Source: Patescibacteria group bacterium
GTDB lineage: Bacteria > Patescibacteriota > Minisyncoccia > Portnoybacterales > UBA2143
Assembly: GCA_018830295.1 (NCBI GenBank)
Contig: JAHJSM010000002.1
Location: forward strand, 115,131 to 179,130
Reading direction: 5' to 3'
DNA: 64,000 nt
The notes under the pieces are model-generated. The model searched no databases, was not told the origin of the DNA, and saw only the letters and a list, made by a program, of their open reading frames with translations. Below are positions 49,403 through 58,462 of the stretch, one piece after another. The stretch's first letter is position 1, and each line of letters begins with the position of its first letter. Position numbers and translations under genes: made by a program.

Positions 49403-49948
49403 TTACTTCTGATTATACCAACAAGTCGGATCGCTGTTAAGATAATCGCCTGTGTGATGCAATGCTGTCCCTCTACAACCATAGCATATTTGGCTATGTT
49501 TGCATATTTTACATTGCCCTTTTATCATATCCCGAATATTTCGTACATTCTGGAAAATAGATGAACCCTTGATAATTTCAGCAATCTTTTCTCTCGAAAT
49601 TATTCGCACTTGAACTTTTTGTTCTCCTAAAATTACAGATTTTACTAAACGGTGAAGACCATCAAGAATCAACCATCTTCCTTTATTCTTCATAATATCA
49701 ATAGGATGAGATAAATCAGCTTTCATTGTTCTTTTGTATTCTATTTTATATTTTTCAGGATGATTAATTACATCTTTTGGCTTTAATATATACCAAATAT
49801 TATTCTCATTCCAAAATGGAATATCAAAATGCCATTCCAACTCTTTAATATCCATTCGAGCAATAGGCACATCAAGCGCCCAAACCCTTCTTTCATCCCA
49901 ATCAAAATCAAAACCAACTTCTTCTATAATTTTTGGTATTTTTTCCAT
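49403..49948 (-). CDS. ParB/Srx-like nuclease domain protein with C-terminal Cys-rich tail
   Basis: WLILDGLHRL (DGxHR) motif; C-terminal CKICKH...CYGC. Confidence 0.45.
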   Translation of the reverse strand: MEKIPKIIEEVGFDFDWDERRVWALDVPIARMDIKELEWHFDIPFWNENNIWYILKPKDVINHPEKYKIEYKRTMKADLSHPIDIMKNKGRWLILDGLHRLVKSVILGEQKVQVRIISREKIAEIIKGSSIFQNVRNIRDMIKGQCKICKHSQICYGCRGTALHHTGDYLNSDPTCWYNQK

Positions 49949-50182
49949 ATCTCCAATCCCCCTCCAAATCTTTTATTTATTTTCTTAAAAGATTCCTGAC
50001 TATTTATATTATTATTTACAAGATTAAAAGATAATATAGCATATTATATTATTATTTATAACTCCCCCTCAAACGCCTTTTTCGGAACCGATTTTTTCAA
50101 TTTTTTTTTATTCCCCCTTATCCTCCTTAAACCTATTCTTAAGATATTCCTTCTCTAATTTCAAAGATTTTATTTCTATTTT

Positions 50183-50740
50183 TTATATATTTTTGGCTTT
50201 ATTCAATATATTACCGATCATCCAATACTTAAAACAACCAATATTCAAATAATCATATTTTTCCGAATTAAATAAATCAGAATAACCATTCTTTTTTATA
50301 TATTTACCAAAATCATCAAATGTTTTTTTATCATCATTAGATAAATTATCTCTTATAATATAATAATGTGGCACTTGCGGCATTGTTTTTGCAAATGTCC
50401 AAGCGCATCGATCTATAAAGTTTTCAATATATCTGATATATTCTTTAACTGATTTTGCCACCGTCTTTTCGTTTATGTTCCTTTCTTTACAATATGACAT
50501 TTTAAACCAATCTAATAATTTTTTATTACCGCGACTTGAATTACAACTTCCACAACAAATAACTACAGTAGAAGAATTATTCCAAGGAGGTAAATAGTTT
50601 AAATGTTCTATTGTTGCCCAATCCTTTCGACAACTATCATTACTGGGTTTAACCATTCTTTTATGACAATAAACACAAGTTTTGTCTCTTGATTTAATTT
50701 TATCTAATTCTGCATCTGGTATTCCGTATTTATTTTTCAT
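50183..50740 (-). CDS. HNH endonuclease
   Basis: CVYCHKRM...EHLNYLPPWNN...CCGSCNSSRGNK H-N-H zinc-finger motif. Confidence 0.6.
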   Translation of the reverse strand: MKNKYGIPDAELDKIKSRDKTCVYCHKRMVKPSNDSCRKDWATIEHLNYLPPWNNSSTVVICCGSCNSSRGNKKLLDWFKMSYCKERNINEKTVAKSVKEYIRYIENFIDRCAWTFAKTMPQVPHYYIIRDNLSNDDKKTFDDFGKYIKKNGYSDLFNSEKYDYLNIGCFKYWMIGNILNKAKNI

Positions 50741-50771
50741 AAATTATTTAAAATTCCTTTCAAATCTTTTT

Positions 50772-50816
50772 TTATCCCCAAGGGGACAGTCCCTGCGGCG
50801 GGGACTGTCCCCGTCA
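50772..50816. repeat. GC-rich palindromic element with embedded ATG (same MTGTVPAAGTVP reading)
   Basis: family member. Confidence 0.75.
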
Positions 50817-50863
50817 TAGTTCTGGTCGGCTTTCGGATAGCCGAATGGGTTTTTATTTATTCC

Positions 50864-51826
50864 CTAAAAAGATTCTTGATACCTTTCCTTTCGTCCTTGC
50901 CGATTAAGAACATTGACTATTTCTAGTATTTTACCAAACTGCTCTTCTTCATCCGAGTAGCAATAATTTAAAGAATATTCTGGTCTAATAAAATTATATT
51001 CAAGAACTTCTTTGTCGTTTAATCTTTTTCTCCTTAGATTTTTACCAGAAATAGGATAAACTGCTTCAATTAATACTTCGGGTGTTATTGGAAAATAATG
51101 TTTTCTCTCTAAAAAACTTACTCCATAAAAACTCTTTTTTTCTGGAAACCACTCAATTACTGGAGTGTCAGAAGTTATGAACCTGTATTTTCCTGTAACG
51201 ATGTAAACTCGCCAATTTTTGGCATAAATTAAATTAGCAAATCCCTCAACATCTTCAAAAAAATGTAGATGTTGAGCATTATTAAAGGTTAAACTATATT
51301 TTCCATCAATTATCATTTTTCTCATCTTCTTAATCTCTTTATCGCTTAAATTAATATTTTGTTTTTTAGCTAATTCTTTTGCCTTTTTAATGTAAATATC
51401 CTTATGCCCAGCATTTAAACCGTATAATTTCTTGGTCATATCTTCACTCATTCTATTCATTTGCTGTCTAAAATAATCGGTACGAATCCACATAATACTC
51501 ATTAAATAAGAGATATCATAACGTATATTATTACTAATATACTTATTGTCTTTTACTTGTTTACAAAAATAAGCAATAGCATTTACTGCTTTGTCTTCAA
51601 TGTTTTGCAAATAATCCTCTACTGCCTGACTCACATCATCTTGCTCTCCTGTTTTAACTCCATAAAAAAATTTCTCATAACAAACGCCACTATATGCTCT
51701 TTTTCTGCCTATCTTTTTATTTCTAATATCTAAAACAGACAATTTGCCATTATTGTCTGCAAACTGTTTTAAATAAAAACGAGGAACATAGTGCTGTTTT
51801 TTTGTAATCTGTTGTCTGTCTGGCAT
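50864..51826 (-). CDS. DUF4238 family protein
   Basis: N-terminal HYVPRFYLKQF signature. Confidence 0.55.
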   Translation of the reverse strand: MPDRQQITKKQHYVPRFYLKQFADNNGKLSVLDIRNKKIGRKRAYSGVCYEKFFYGVKTGEQDDVSQAVEDYLQNIEDKAVNAIAYFCKQVKDNKYISNNIRYDISYLMSIMWIRTDYFRQQMNRMSEDMTKKLYGLNAGHKDIYIKKAKELAKKQNINLSDKEIKKMRKMIIDGKYSLTFNNAQHLHFFEDVEGFANLIYAKNWRVYIVTGKYRFITSDTPVIEWFPEKKSFYGVSFLERKHYFPITPEVLIEAVYPISGKNLRRKRLNDKEVLEYNFIRPEYSLNYCYSDEEEQFGKILEIVNVLNRQGRKERYQESF

Positions 51827-51968
51827 ATACGACTTATTATGATTTTAATTTTTTATTTGTGTGTAAAAAGGCACCAAAGACAGATTAATTTTTTGTAATC
51901 CTCTTTTATTTTTAAAAAAGTTCCTGACGGCTTTTTACCTATTATATATGTCGCTCTAAAAAAATTTG

Positions 51969-52433
51969 CTAAAATTCTTTGTCAAATTGATTTTCCTTAC
52001 AATTAGTATACTCTCTATAAAAATAAGAGTATAATCCTGGAAAATCTTTGTTATATTCAGGTTTTAGCTCTTCACAATCAGTATCCTTCCATTCGCCCTT
52101 TGACGCTTTGTAGGTAATTCTACAAACATCATCTTTCTCAATATAGTTTTGGTGTAATACATTATTATAAGCCTCTCTTTCTTTTTCATATATTTCATAA
52201 CAATCTTTTTTTCTTTTAGCTATATACTCTTTATGTTCTTGTTCTGCCTTCACCTCTGATTCTTCCCTTTCTAATTCTAGCTCCTTCCTTTTTTCCTCTA
52301 ATTCTAATCTTTGTTGTCTTTCAATGGATTGTTGTTTATTATGCTGAACCCACACAAAACTTCCGCCTATTATCATTGCGGAAACTATAATTACAGCGGG
52401 ATAAACAAATTTATTTATATTTTTTATCTTCAT
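51969..52433 (-). CDS. hypothetical secreted coiled-coil protein
   Basis: signal/TM then charged repeats. Confidence 0.35.
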   Translation of the reverse strand: MKIKNINKFVYPAVIIVSAMIIGGSFVWVQHNKQQSIERQQRLELEEKRKELELEREESEVKAEQEHKEYIAKRKKDCYEIYEKEREAYNNVLHQNYIEKDDVCRITYKASKGEWKDTDCEELKPEYNKDFPGLYSYFYREYTNCKENQFDKEF

Positions 52434-52445
52434 ATTTAATTTTAA

Positions 52446-53825
52446 TCAAACAGCCACAACTTTTTCGATAATCTCGTCTATTTTATTTCTTTCTGTTTCT
52501 ATTTTTTGATTCATTTTTTCTTGTTTATCGAGTTCGGTCTTTATTTCGTCAACGATTTTTTGTTGATTTTTTAGGGGAATGTTTGGAATTTTAATATTTC
52601 CTAATGTTGTTGAATTTATTACAGGTTGACCTTTGGTTTTAACTACTTTTCTAATTTGTTTATTCCCAAAAACAGATTTCAAAAAATACATAACAAAATC
52701 ATTATTAAATCGGCTTAATCTAATAATTAAAATATTATCACTAGCAAATTTTTGAAAATCGTTTTTAATAATTCCAATTGGAATATCGGCGCTATCTAAT
52801 TTTGACCCAACACGACTAAATAAAATATCTCTAATCTTAAGGATAGCATTCTTGGAATTCGAAAATTTATAAGACATAATGCCACCATCAGAATTCAAAT
52901 CTTCAACTGAAATATAATTTCCTTCTTCTGCCACCTCTTTGTATTTCTCGGCATTACCCGCTTTTATAAAATCACTTATTTTCTTTAATTTTATAGTTTT
53001 TATTTTTTCTAAAAAATCTATATTATATTTGTGGTATTTAACTTTAAAAATTAGTAGTGGATCATTATTAATTTCACTAAACCCCGCCTCAAAAAAATTT
53101 TCTTTTTCTAATTCTTCAAATTTTTCTAAATCAAATCCAAACTCTCTCGCAAAAACTTTGTTGATAATTTTCTGAGCCGGAATAATTTGGTTTTTCATCT
53201 CTTTAATTTTTCTTTCGATTGGTTCAATTTTGACAACAATTTGGTCTTGAATATGTTTAGAAATTAAAGGTATTTTAATTTTCTTTAAATCGCTGTCCTT
53301 ATATGCAGATATTCCGATTCCTCGATAAATATGTTTATCTAAAATATTTCTTAATCTTTTTGTTCTTAAAATATACAAGATAAATTTTATATTCCATCCT
53401 TTTTTAATTTTGTAAATATAAAAGCCATTCGAAAAAACATAATTAGATAAATCTTTATTTTTAAAATATAAAGTTGGCGATTTCGCCAATCTTAAACTTG
53501 AAATTAAAATATTATCGTTTGAAGCTTTATGTTTTAATCTATTTGGATGATCTTCTGCAGTTACAGACTGATGCCCTTTAATTTCACCATCTTTATCCAA
53601 ATATGTTTGCCCCGTAGGAATTCCCTTATATTCTTCGCCTTCCTCATAATTAAATAAATTATAATCGTCCACAAGAATGTCTTTTAATGAAACTAAATTT
53701 TTATTTTTTGATTCAAATAAATTCCAATTTAAAAAATTTAAAAAGATATGATATTTCTCATCATTTCTTAGGAAAGAATCTTTTCTTAATTCCTGAAAAT
53801 CAATTGTAAATTGTTTTAGCGACAT
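52446..53825 (-). CDS. restriction-modification specificity subunit (HsdS-like, two target-recognition domains)
   Basis: two TRD-plus-conserved-helix units (IKIPLISKHIQDQIVVKI... and IKIPNIPLKNQQKIVDEIKTEL...). Confidence 0.65.
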   Translation of the reverse strand: MSLKQFTIDFQELRKDSFLRNDEKYHIFLNFLNWNLFESKNKNLVSLKDILVDDYNLFNYEEGEEYKGIPTGQTYLDKDGEIKGHQSVTAEDHPNRLKHKASNDNILISSLRLAKSPTLYFKNKDLSNYVFSNGFYIYKIKKGWNIKFILYILRTKRLRNILDKHIYRGIGISAYKDSDLKKIKIPLISKHIQDQIVVKIEPIERKIKEMKNQIIPAQKIINKVFAREFGFDLEKFEELEKENFFEAGFSEINNDPLLIFKVKYHKYNIDFLEKIKTIKLKKISDFIKAGNAEKYKEVAEEGNYISVEDLNSDGGIMSYKFSNSKNAILKIRDILFSRVGSKLDSADIPIGIIKNDFQKFASDNILIIRLSRFNNDFVMYFLKSVFGNKQIRKVVKTKGQPVINSTTLGNIKIPNIPLKNQQKIVDEIKTELDKQEKMNQKIETERNKIDEIIEKVVAV

Positions 53826-53830
53826 AAAGA

Positions 53831-54790
53831 TTAACCAATTCTTGTTTGATTTGGATTAAAATTTTCATCTTCGTTTATCCAGTCAATCTTAATTTTATCA
53901 ACTTTCCTTTCCCAGTCTCTTGTAGCTTTTCCAGAAATACAAACATTTTTAGTATTTTCAGGCTTTAGATAATCTAATATCTCAGATATTTTTTCTTTAT
54001 CTACGATACAAAGTATTTTTCTTTTGCCAATATCATCCTGCCTCCTTCTTGCTTGAAAAGCAAAATGATATTTATGTGCAAGCCCATAAAAATCGACAAA
54101 TTGACCTATAATCTTTATCTCTTCCGCATTTTCTTCGTCAAAAGGTTCTCGGATTCTTTCGTCAATTGAAAAAGTATCATAATCATCAAAATATTTCTTT
54201 TCGCTAAATCGTATTTTGGCAACTTCATTTTCTACATTATTCTGTTTGTATCCAATTTTCATTTCTTCTTCTTTTCCTTTTTCTAACTGAACAATACCAG
54301 AAATATAAGGGGCTAACTTTTTATAATTTTCCCAGTATTTTTCTAGTATAGTTTTTTCCTCGCCTTTATGATTTTTTAAAATTACAAATATTTTACCTTT
54401 ATTAATTTTTCTTTTTCCTTCTATTATGTTTTTACCTTTAGAAAAAATCTTGAGAGCAAATTGTTCTCCAAGTGTTCCAAAAAACTTTTTACCAAATTCA
54501 CCAACTCCTATAGCTTTTAATCCCAACCCTATTAAGGCTATATTAACTGGCAGTGAGGTAGCCGCATTAACTAATAAAAAAATTAATTCTGAACAATTTT
54601 TATTTACACTTGATATCTTTAAAACAAACTGATCGTTCTTGTCTAATTTCAAAACTTCTTTTTGATATTTTTTAAAAACTTTATCTAAAGCCACCAAACT
54701 TCTTCCCGCTTTAGCAATATCAACACTTCCATCCTCTAAAAATGGACCGAAATACTTAATATAACCAATAAATTCTTCTTGACTAGACAT
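53831..54790 (-). CDS. hypothetical protein embedded in the R-M locus
   Basis: ORF only; sits between S and R-M genes. Confidence 0.35.
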   Translation of the reverse strand: MSSQEEFIGYIKYFGPFLEDGSVDIAKAGRSLVALDKVFKKYQKEVLKLDKNDQFVLKISSVNKNCSELIFLLVNAATSLPVNIALIGLGLKAIGVGEFGKKFFGTLGEQFALKIFSKGKNIIEGKRKINKGKIFVILKNHKGEEKTILEKYWENYKKLAPYISGIVQLEKGKEEEMKIGYKQNNVENEVAKIRFSEKKYFDDYDTFSIDERIREPFDEENAEEIKIIGQFVDFYGLAHKYHFAFQARRRQDDIGKRKILCIVDKEKISEILDYLKPENTKNVCISGKATRDWERKVDKIKIDWINEDENFNPNQTRIG

Positions 54791-54802
54791 AAATTATTAA
54801 AT

Positions 54803-57172
54803 TTACTCCCACTCAATATTCCTCATATAATCCAAAGCTGTTTTTTCTATATTATCATCAACCAAGATCTCCCCCTTATTATTTGTCCTGAAAAGTTCGT
54901 TTGGCATTGGTTTTTCGCCTCTTTTTGTTCTTTTGTATCCTACATTTTCTACTTCTGCCATAAAAATTTTGTAATTCAATTCTTTGGCAACCTCGCCGAA
55001 TACCCACCACGAATTTACAAATCCAAAAGTATCTTTTGTATCATTATTGTATTTACACAAATCCCCTAATTCGTTTTGATATTTTTCCACCAATTCTTTA
55101 ACGGAAAGTTTTTTATCGTCTTGTTCAAAATAATCTTTTAGCATTCTTGTTAAAATTGTTTTTTCTTCCGTCTCTTTCAGATTTTTAATAGAGGGCAATT
55201 TTTTTCTGTCTTTTCCTTCAAGATATACTGCCGTTAAATTTTCGCATCTGGTTTTTAGATTATTCCATTCGTTAGAGTATTGACTCCAAAGATTATTCCA
55301 TTCTTCAATTTCCGATTTTGTTTTCTTTTGCGCGAAAAGCAAACTGGTTTTTGTTGAAGTGAACGGCTCAAAAGCCAACTGGGGCAAAGAAACAACCGCT
55401 TTAACTTTAAAATATTTGTAAATAAACAAGCGGATATATTTATTCTCTGTCGTGTCAAAAACGCTTTCCGGCAAAACAGCGCCAAAGCGACCATTCGGTT
55501 TTAGCAATTGATACCATCTTTCTATGAAAAGATTTTCTGAATTCTTTTTTTCACCAAAAGCAAACCCCTCCTTAACATTCTTTTGAGTATCATCATCCAA
55601 ATTAACGCTAAAGGGCGGATTCGTAATAATCACATCAAATTGTTCGTTAATTTCTTTGTTAAAATAAGTTTTATCTGTCTTTGATTTTTCTAATTTATTA
55701 GAATAAAAAGAAAAAGGGAGAAGACCGTCTTTTACATAAATATTAGCTGAACCGTCGCCGTGTAAAATCATATTAACCTTGGCGGCTGTACCTAAATTAA
55801 AATTAATGTCAGTTCCATAAATAAACTCCTCCGCCCATTTATTTTCAAGATTGTCGGGATAAAACCAATTTTGTATTTTATTTTCTACATTTTGGGAAGT
55901 TTCAATTTTGCTTCTAAATCTTCTTTTAACATTTTCGGTAATAAACTTCATATATTCAATCAAAAAAGTTCCGCTGCCCGCGCTTGGGTCTATTAAATAA
56001 GGAATTTCCAAATCTTTATTAATTCTATCTATCGCAAGTTTATCAAGTTGTAGTCCCCAAAGCAGAAATCTTACGATGTTGATGTGAGTAAAAAATTGAC
56101 CTTTCGTCTGTTTGAATCCTTCTCTGATAATCCCTTCAAAAAAATCTCCCAAAATATCTTTTCCATCAAAACTATTTTTCCCATCTACGAAAGAATAGCC
56201 TTCTAATTGGGTTATTGTATATTTAAGTTTGGCAAGAGAAAACTTATTTTCGTCAATGACAAAAGATTTTTTTAATTTTGTTTTATCTGTGATATTTAGC
56301 CGTTGCTTTAATGCCCTTTTATATAGTTCGTTTATTCTTTCAAAAAGTTGTTCGTTGGATTCAAAACTTTCTCCGTCCTTAAAGGAAAAAATTTGAAAAT
56401 CATATTTCTCGTCTTTCTTCTTCTCGCTCTCATCTTGAATTTTTGCCAAGATAATATTTACCAGCGAAGAAAAAATATCATTATCATCCATTCCTCCGCC
56501 GCCCCATAAAACATTGTGTAGATTTTTCCTAAGACCATCTAGCTGCTGATGGGTAAAACTTGCTTCTAAATCTTTTTTACCACCTTTTATGTATGGTTCT
56601 TTTTGCGCTTTTCCGTATCTTTCGGGTAGTTCATTAGCAAAATCCCTCGCTTCTTTCCATAAACTAAAAGAAGAAAATTTTTCATAATCAATAATAATAC
56701 ATTTGTCCTTTATCTCGTTTTCTACTATTTCAACTGTATATAAAACAAGATATTTAACTTTCTTGCCCTGCCCTTGCTCCTGCGAAGCAAGATTGAAAAG
56801 TTGTTTTTCTATAGTCTCGTCTTTGTCTTTTTCGTAATCCTGCGGACTTTTAAGTTCTATGTATAAAAAAGCGTTTCCGTCGTTATCTCGCACAATTATA
56901 TCTATCCTCGGTTTATTGACTTTTGGTCTGCCGATATCATATTCTTTTTCAATCTCAATATTTTTAGGATTATAACCTAATTCGTTGACTAATTTTGCGA
57001 GGATATACGCCCTAACAATTTCTTCATCTCCAGCTATTTTGTTTATTTTCCTATGCTGTATAATTGGTGCGTCGTATTTTATTTTGGACTGATCCAAAAG
57101 AGGAAAACTCGCAATTTGAATTTTGTTGCTTTTTAGGTAGTCTATAATTGGCGTTTGAATTTCTTTATTCAT
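54803..57172 (-). CDS. fused restriction endonuclease / N6-adenine DNA methyltransferase (Type IIB BcgI-A-like or Type IIG)
   Basis: N-terminal HsdR_N-like PD-(D/E)XK (IDIIVRDNDGNAFLYIELKSP); methyltransferase motif I DPSAGSGTF and motif IV ITNPPF; 789 aa. Confidence 0.7.
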   Translation of the reverse strand: MNKEIQTPIIDYLKSNKIQIASFPLLDQSKIKYDAPIIQHRKINKIAGDEEIVRAYILAKLVNELGYNPKNIEIEKEYDIGRPKVNKPRIDIIVRDNDGNAFLYIELKSPQDYEKDKDETIEKQLFNLASQEQGQGKKVKYLVLYTVEIVENEIKDKCIIIDYEKFSSFSLWKEARDFANELPERYGKAQKEPYIKGGKKDLEASFTHQQLDGLRKNLHNVLWGGGGMDDNDIFSSLVNIILAKIQDESEKKKDEKYDFQIFSFKDGESFESNEQLFERINELYKRALKQRLNITDKTKLKKSFVIDENKFSLAKLKYTITQLEGYSFVDGKNSFDGKDILGDFFEGIIREGFKQTKGQFFTHINIVRFLLWGLQLDKLAIDRINKDLEIPYLIDPSAGSGTFLIEYMKFITENVKRRFRSKIETSQNVENKIQNWFYPDNLENKWAEEFIYGTDINFNLGTAAKVNMILHGDGSANIYVKDGLLPFSFYSNKLEKSKTDKTYFNKEINEQFDVIITNPPFSVNLDDDTQKNVKEGFAFGEKKNSENLFIERWYQLLKPNGRFGAVLPESVFDTTENKYIRLFIYKYFKVKAVVSLPQLAFEPFTSTKTSLLFAQKKTKSEIEEWNNLWSQYSNEWNNLKTRCENLTAVYLEGKDRKKLPSIKNLKETEEKTILTRMLKDYFEQDDKKLSVKELVEKYQNELGDLCKYNNDTKDTFGFVNSWWVFGEVAKELNYKIFMAEVENVGYKRTKRGEKPMPNELFRTNNKGEILVDDNIEKTALDYMRNIEWE

Positions 57173-57510
57173 AAAAGTTTTAGTTATATTTTTTTATTAT
57201 ATTTAAAGTTCCTCCCCCTCATATTACCCCAACCAAAAAAACAAATCAAACGAAAACCCGCTTGGGGGCGGGGTTATAACTCTTACCATTCGCAGACTCT
57301 TTTGTCGTTGTCTCCGTCTAAATGATGAATGTCATCGCCGGTTTTCTCTTAACGAGGTTCGACCTACGAGCGCGACCTTAAGAAATGTCGCTACTCTTAA
57401 TGTCAAACCTCTTTGCTTACCATCCTATCCCTCTCATTTTACAAACCTAACTGTCGGATATGTATCTGAACCTATACACCAAAAAACTGGCTGTTTCAAC
57501 GGAAAAATCT

Positions 57511-57541
57511 GGGGACAGTCCCCGCAGCAGGGACTGTCCCC
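57511..57541. repeat. GC-rich palindromic element GGGGACAGTCCCC-GCAGCA-GGGACTGTCCCC
   Basis: family member; about 65 bp including flanks duplicated at 59582-59646. Confidence 0.8.
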
Positions 57542-57709
57542 AGATTAAAATCAATAGCCACTTGACAAGGTTTCTATATTTGATATTCTATTATTAGGGC
57601 TGGCAATAATACCTTTTGAAGCGCTCGGGTGTTCTCTCCGCAGATGCGGAGATCATAAAGCTCGAGAGTCCGTTTCAAAAGACGCCGCTCTACAAAAGAT
57701 TCCGATAAT

Positions 57710-58412
57710 TTATCGGGATTTTTTGTTTGCCCAATAATCCTTAAAAAGTTCGTTAGACGCGATGATGCTGTTTCTAAGCATTGCGAAAAAATGCTCGCCG
57801 TTTTTTCTTTCATTGTGGTATCTAAAAAGAGCCCCGCAAATCCAATCTGCTATTTGTATATTAGGACTAGCGGAAGAATTTAACGCTTCAATTTGAATAA
57901 CCGCTTTTGCTGGCAATTTTGGCAACAAATCTAATTTTGTAATTTCATTAAATTTTGTTTGAGAAATTTTTTTCAGATGCCTTTCGTCTCGGAATACTCT
58001 GAATTCTAAGTCAGTAGTAGGCAAAAGAAGATGAAGGGTTTGAACAATAACTTCGGCATATAAATAGCCGCTATCCAAACTTTTCTTTTTTCGATATTCC
58101 AAGGGGATGTTGGACTTATTAAAAAAGGCGTAAAATACCCTGATGTCTTGTTCAGTAAAATATTCAAGCGTTTTTACGGAGGTTTTCATCTAATCCTGTG
58201 TCTGAAAACTTAACTTCTGTTTTATAGCGAAGTTTCTTTGGAAATTTTGTATGTTGCCATTTGCGAAAGGCCTTGGATGTTCTTTTGTGATTGTTTGTGA
58301 TAAATCCGCCCACGACAAAATTACGCTCTTTGTTCCCTGTAAAATTACCTGATTCATCAAGAAAGATAAACATATTCCCCCTAATTTTACCCCAACCAAC
58401 AAGACAAATCAA
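57710..58412 (-). pseudogene. DUF3800 family gene split by a frameshift (N-terminal piece 58164-58373, C-terminal piece 57710-58189)
   Basis: N-terminal FIFLDESGNF and C-terminal QIADWICGAL in separate overlapping frames; combined length about 229 aa. Confidence 0.5.
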
Positions 58413-58462
58413 TCAAAAAAACCCGCTTGGGGGGCGGGGTTAACCGAGTTTCCTAATTATAA

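Noticed and set aside
30500-52000. Integron gene-cassette array (same-strand small genes separated by imperfect inverted repeats)
   Set aside because: No IntI-type integrase or attI nearby; each gene carries its own promoter module rather than being promoterless; repeats do not have attC R-box/L-box organisation.
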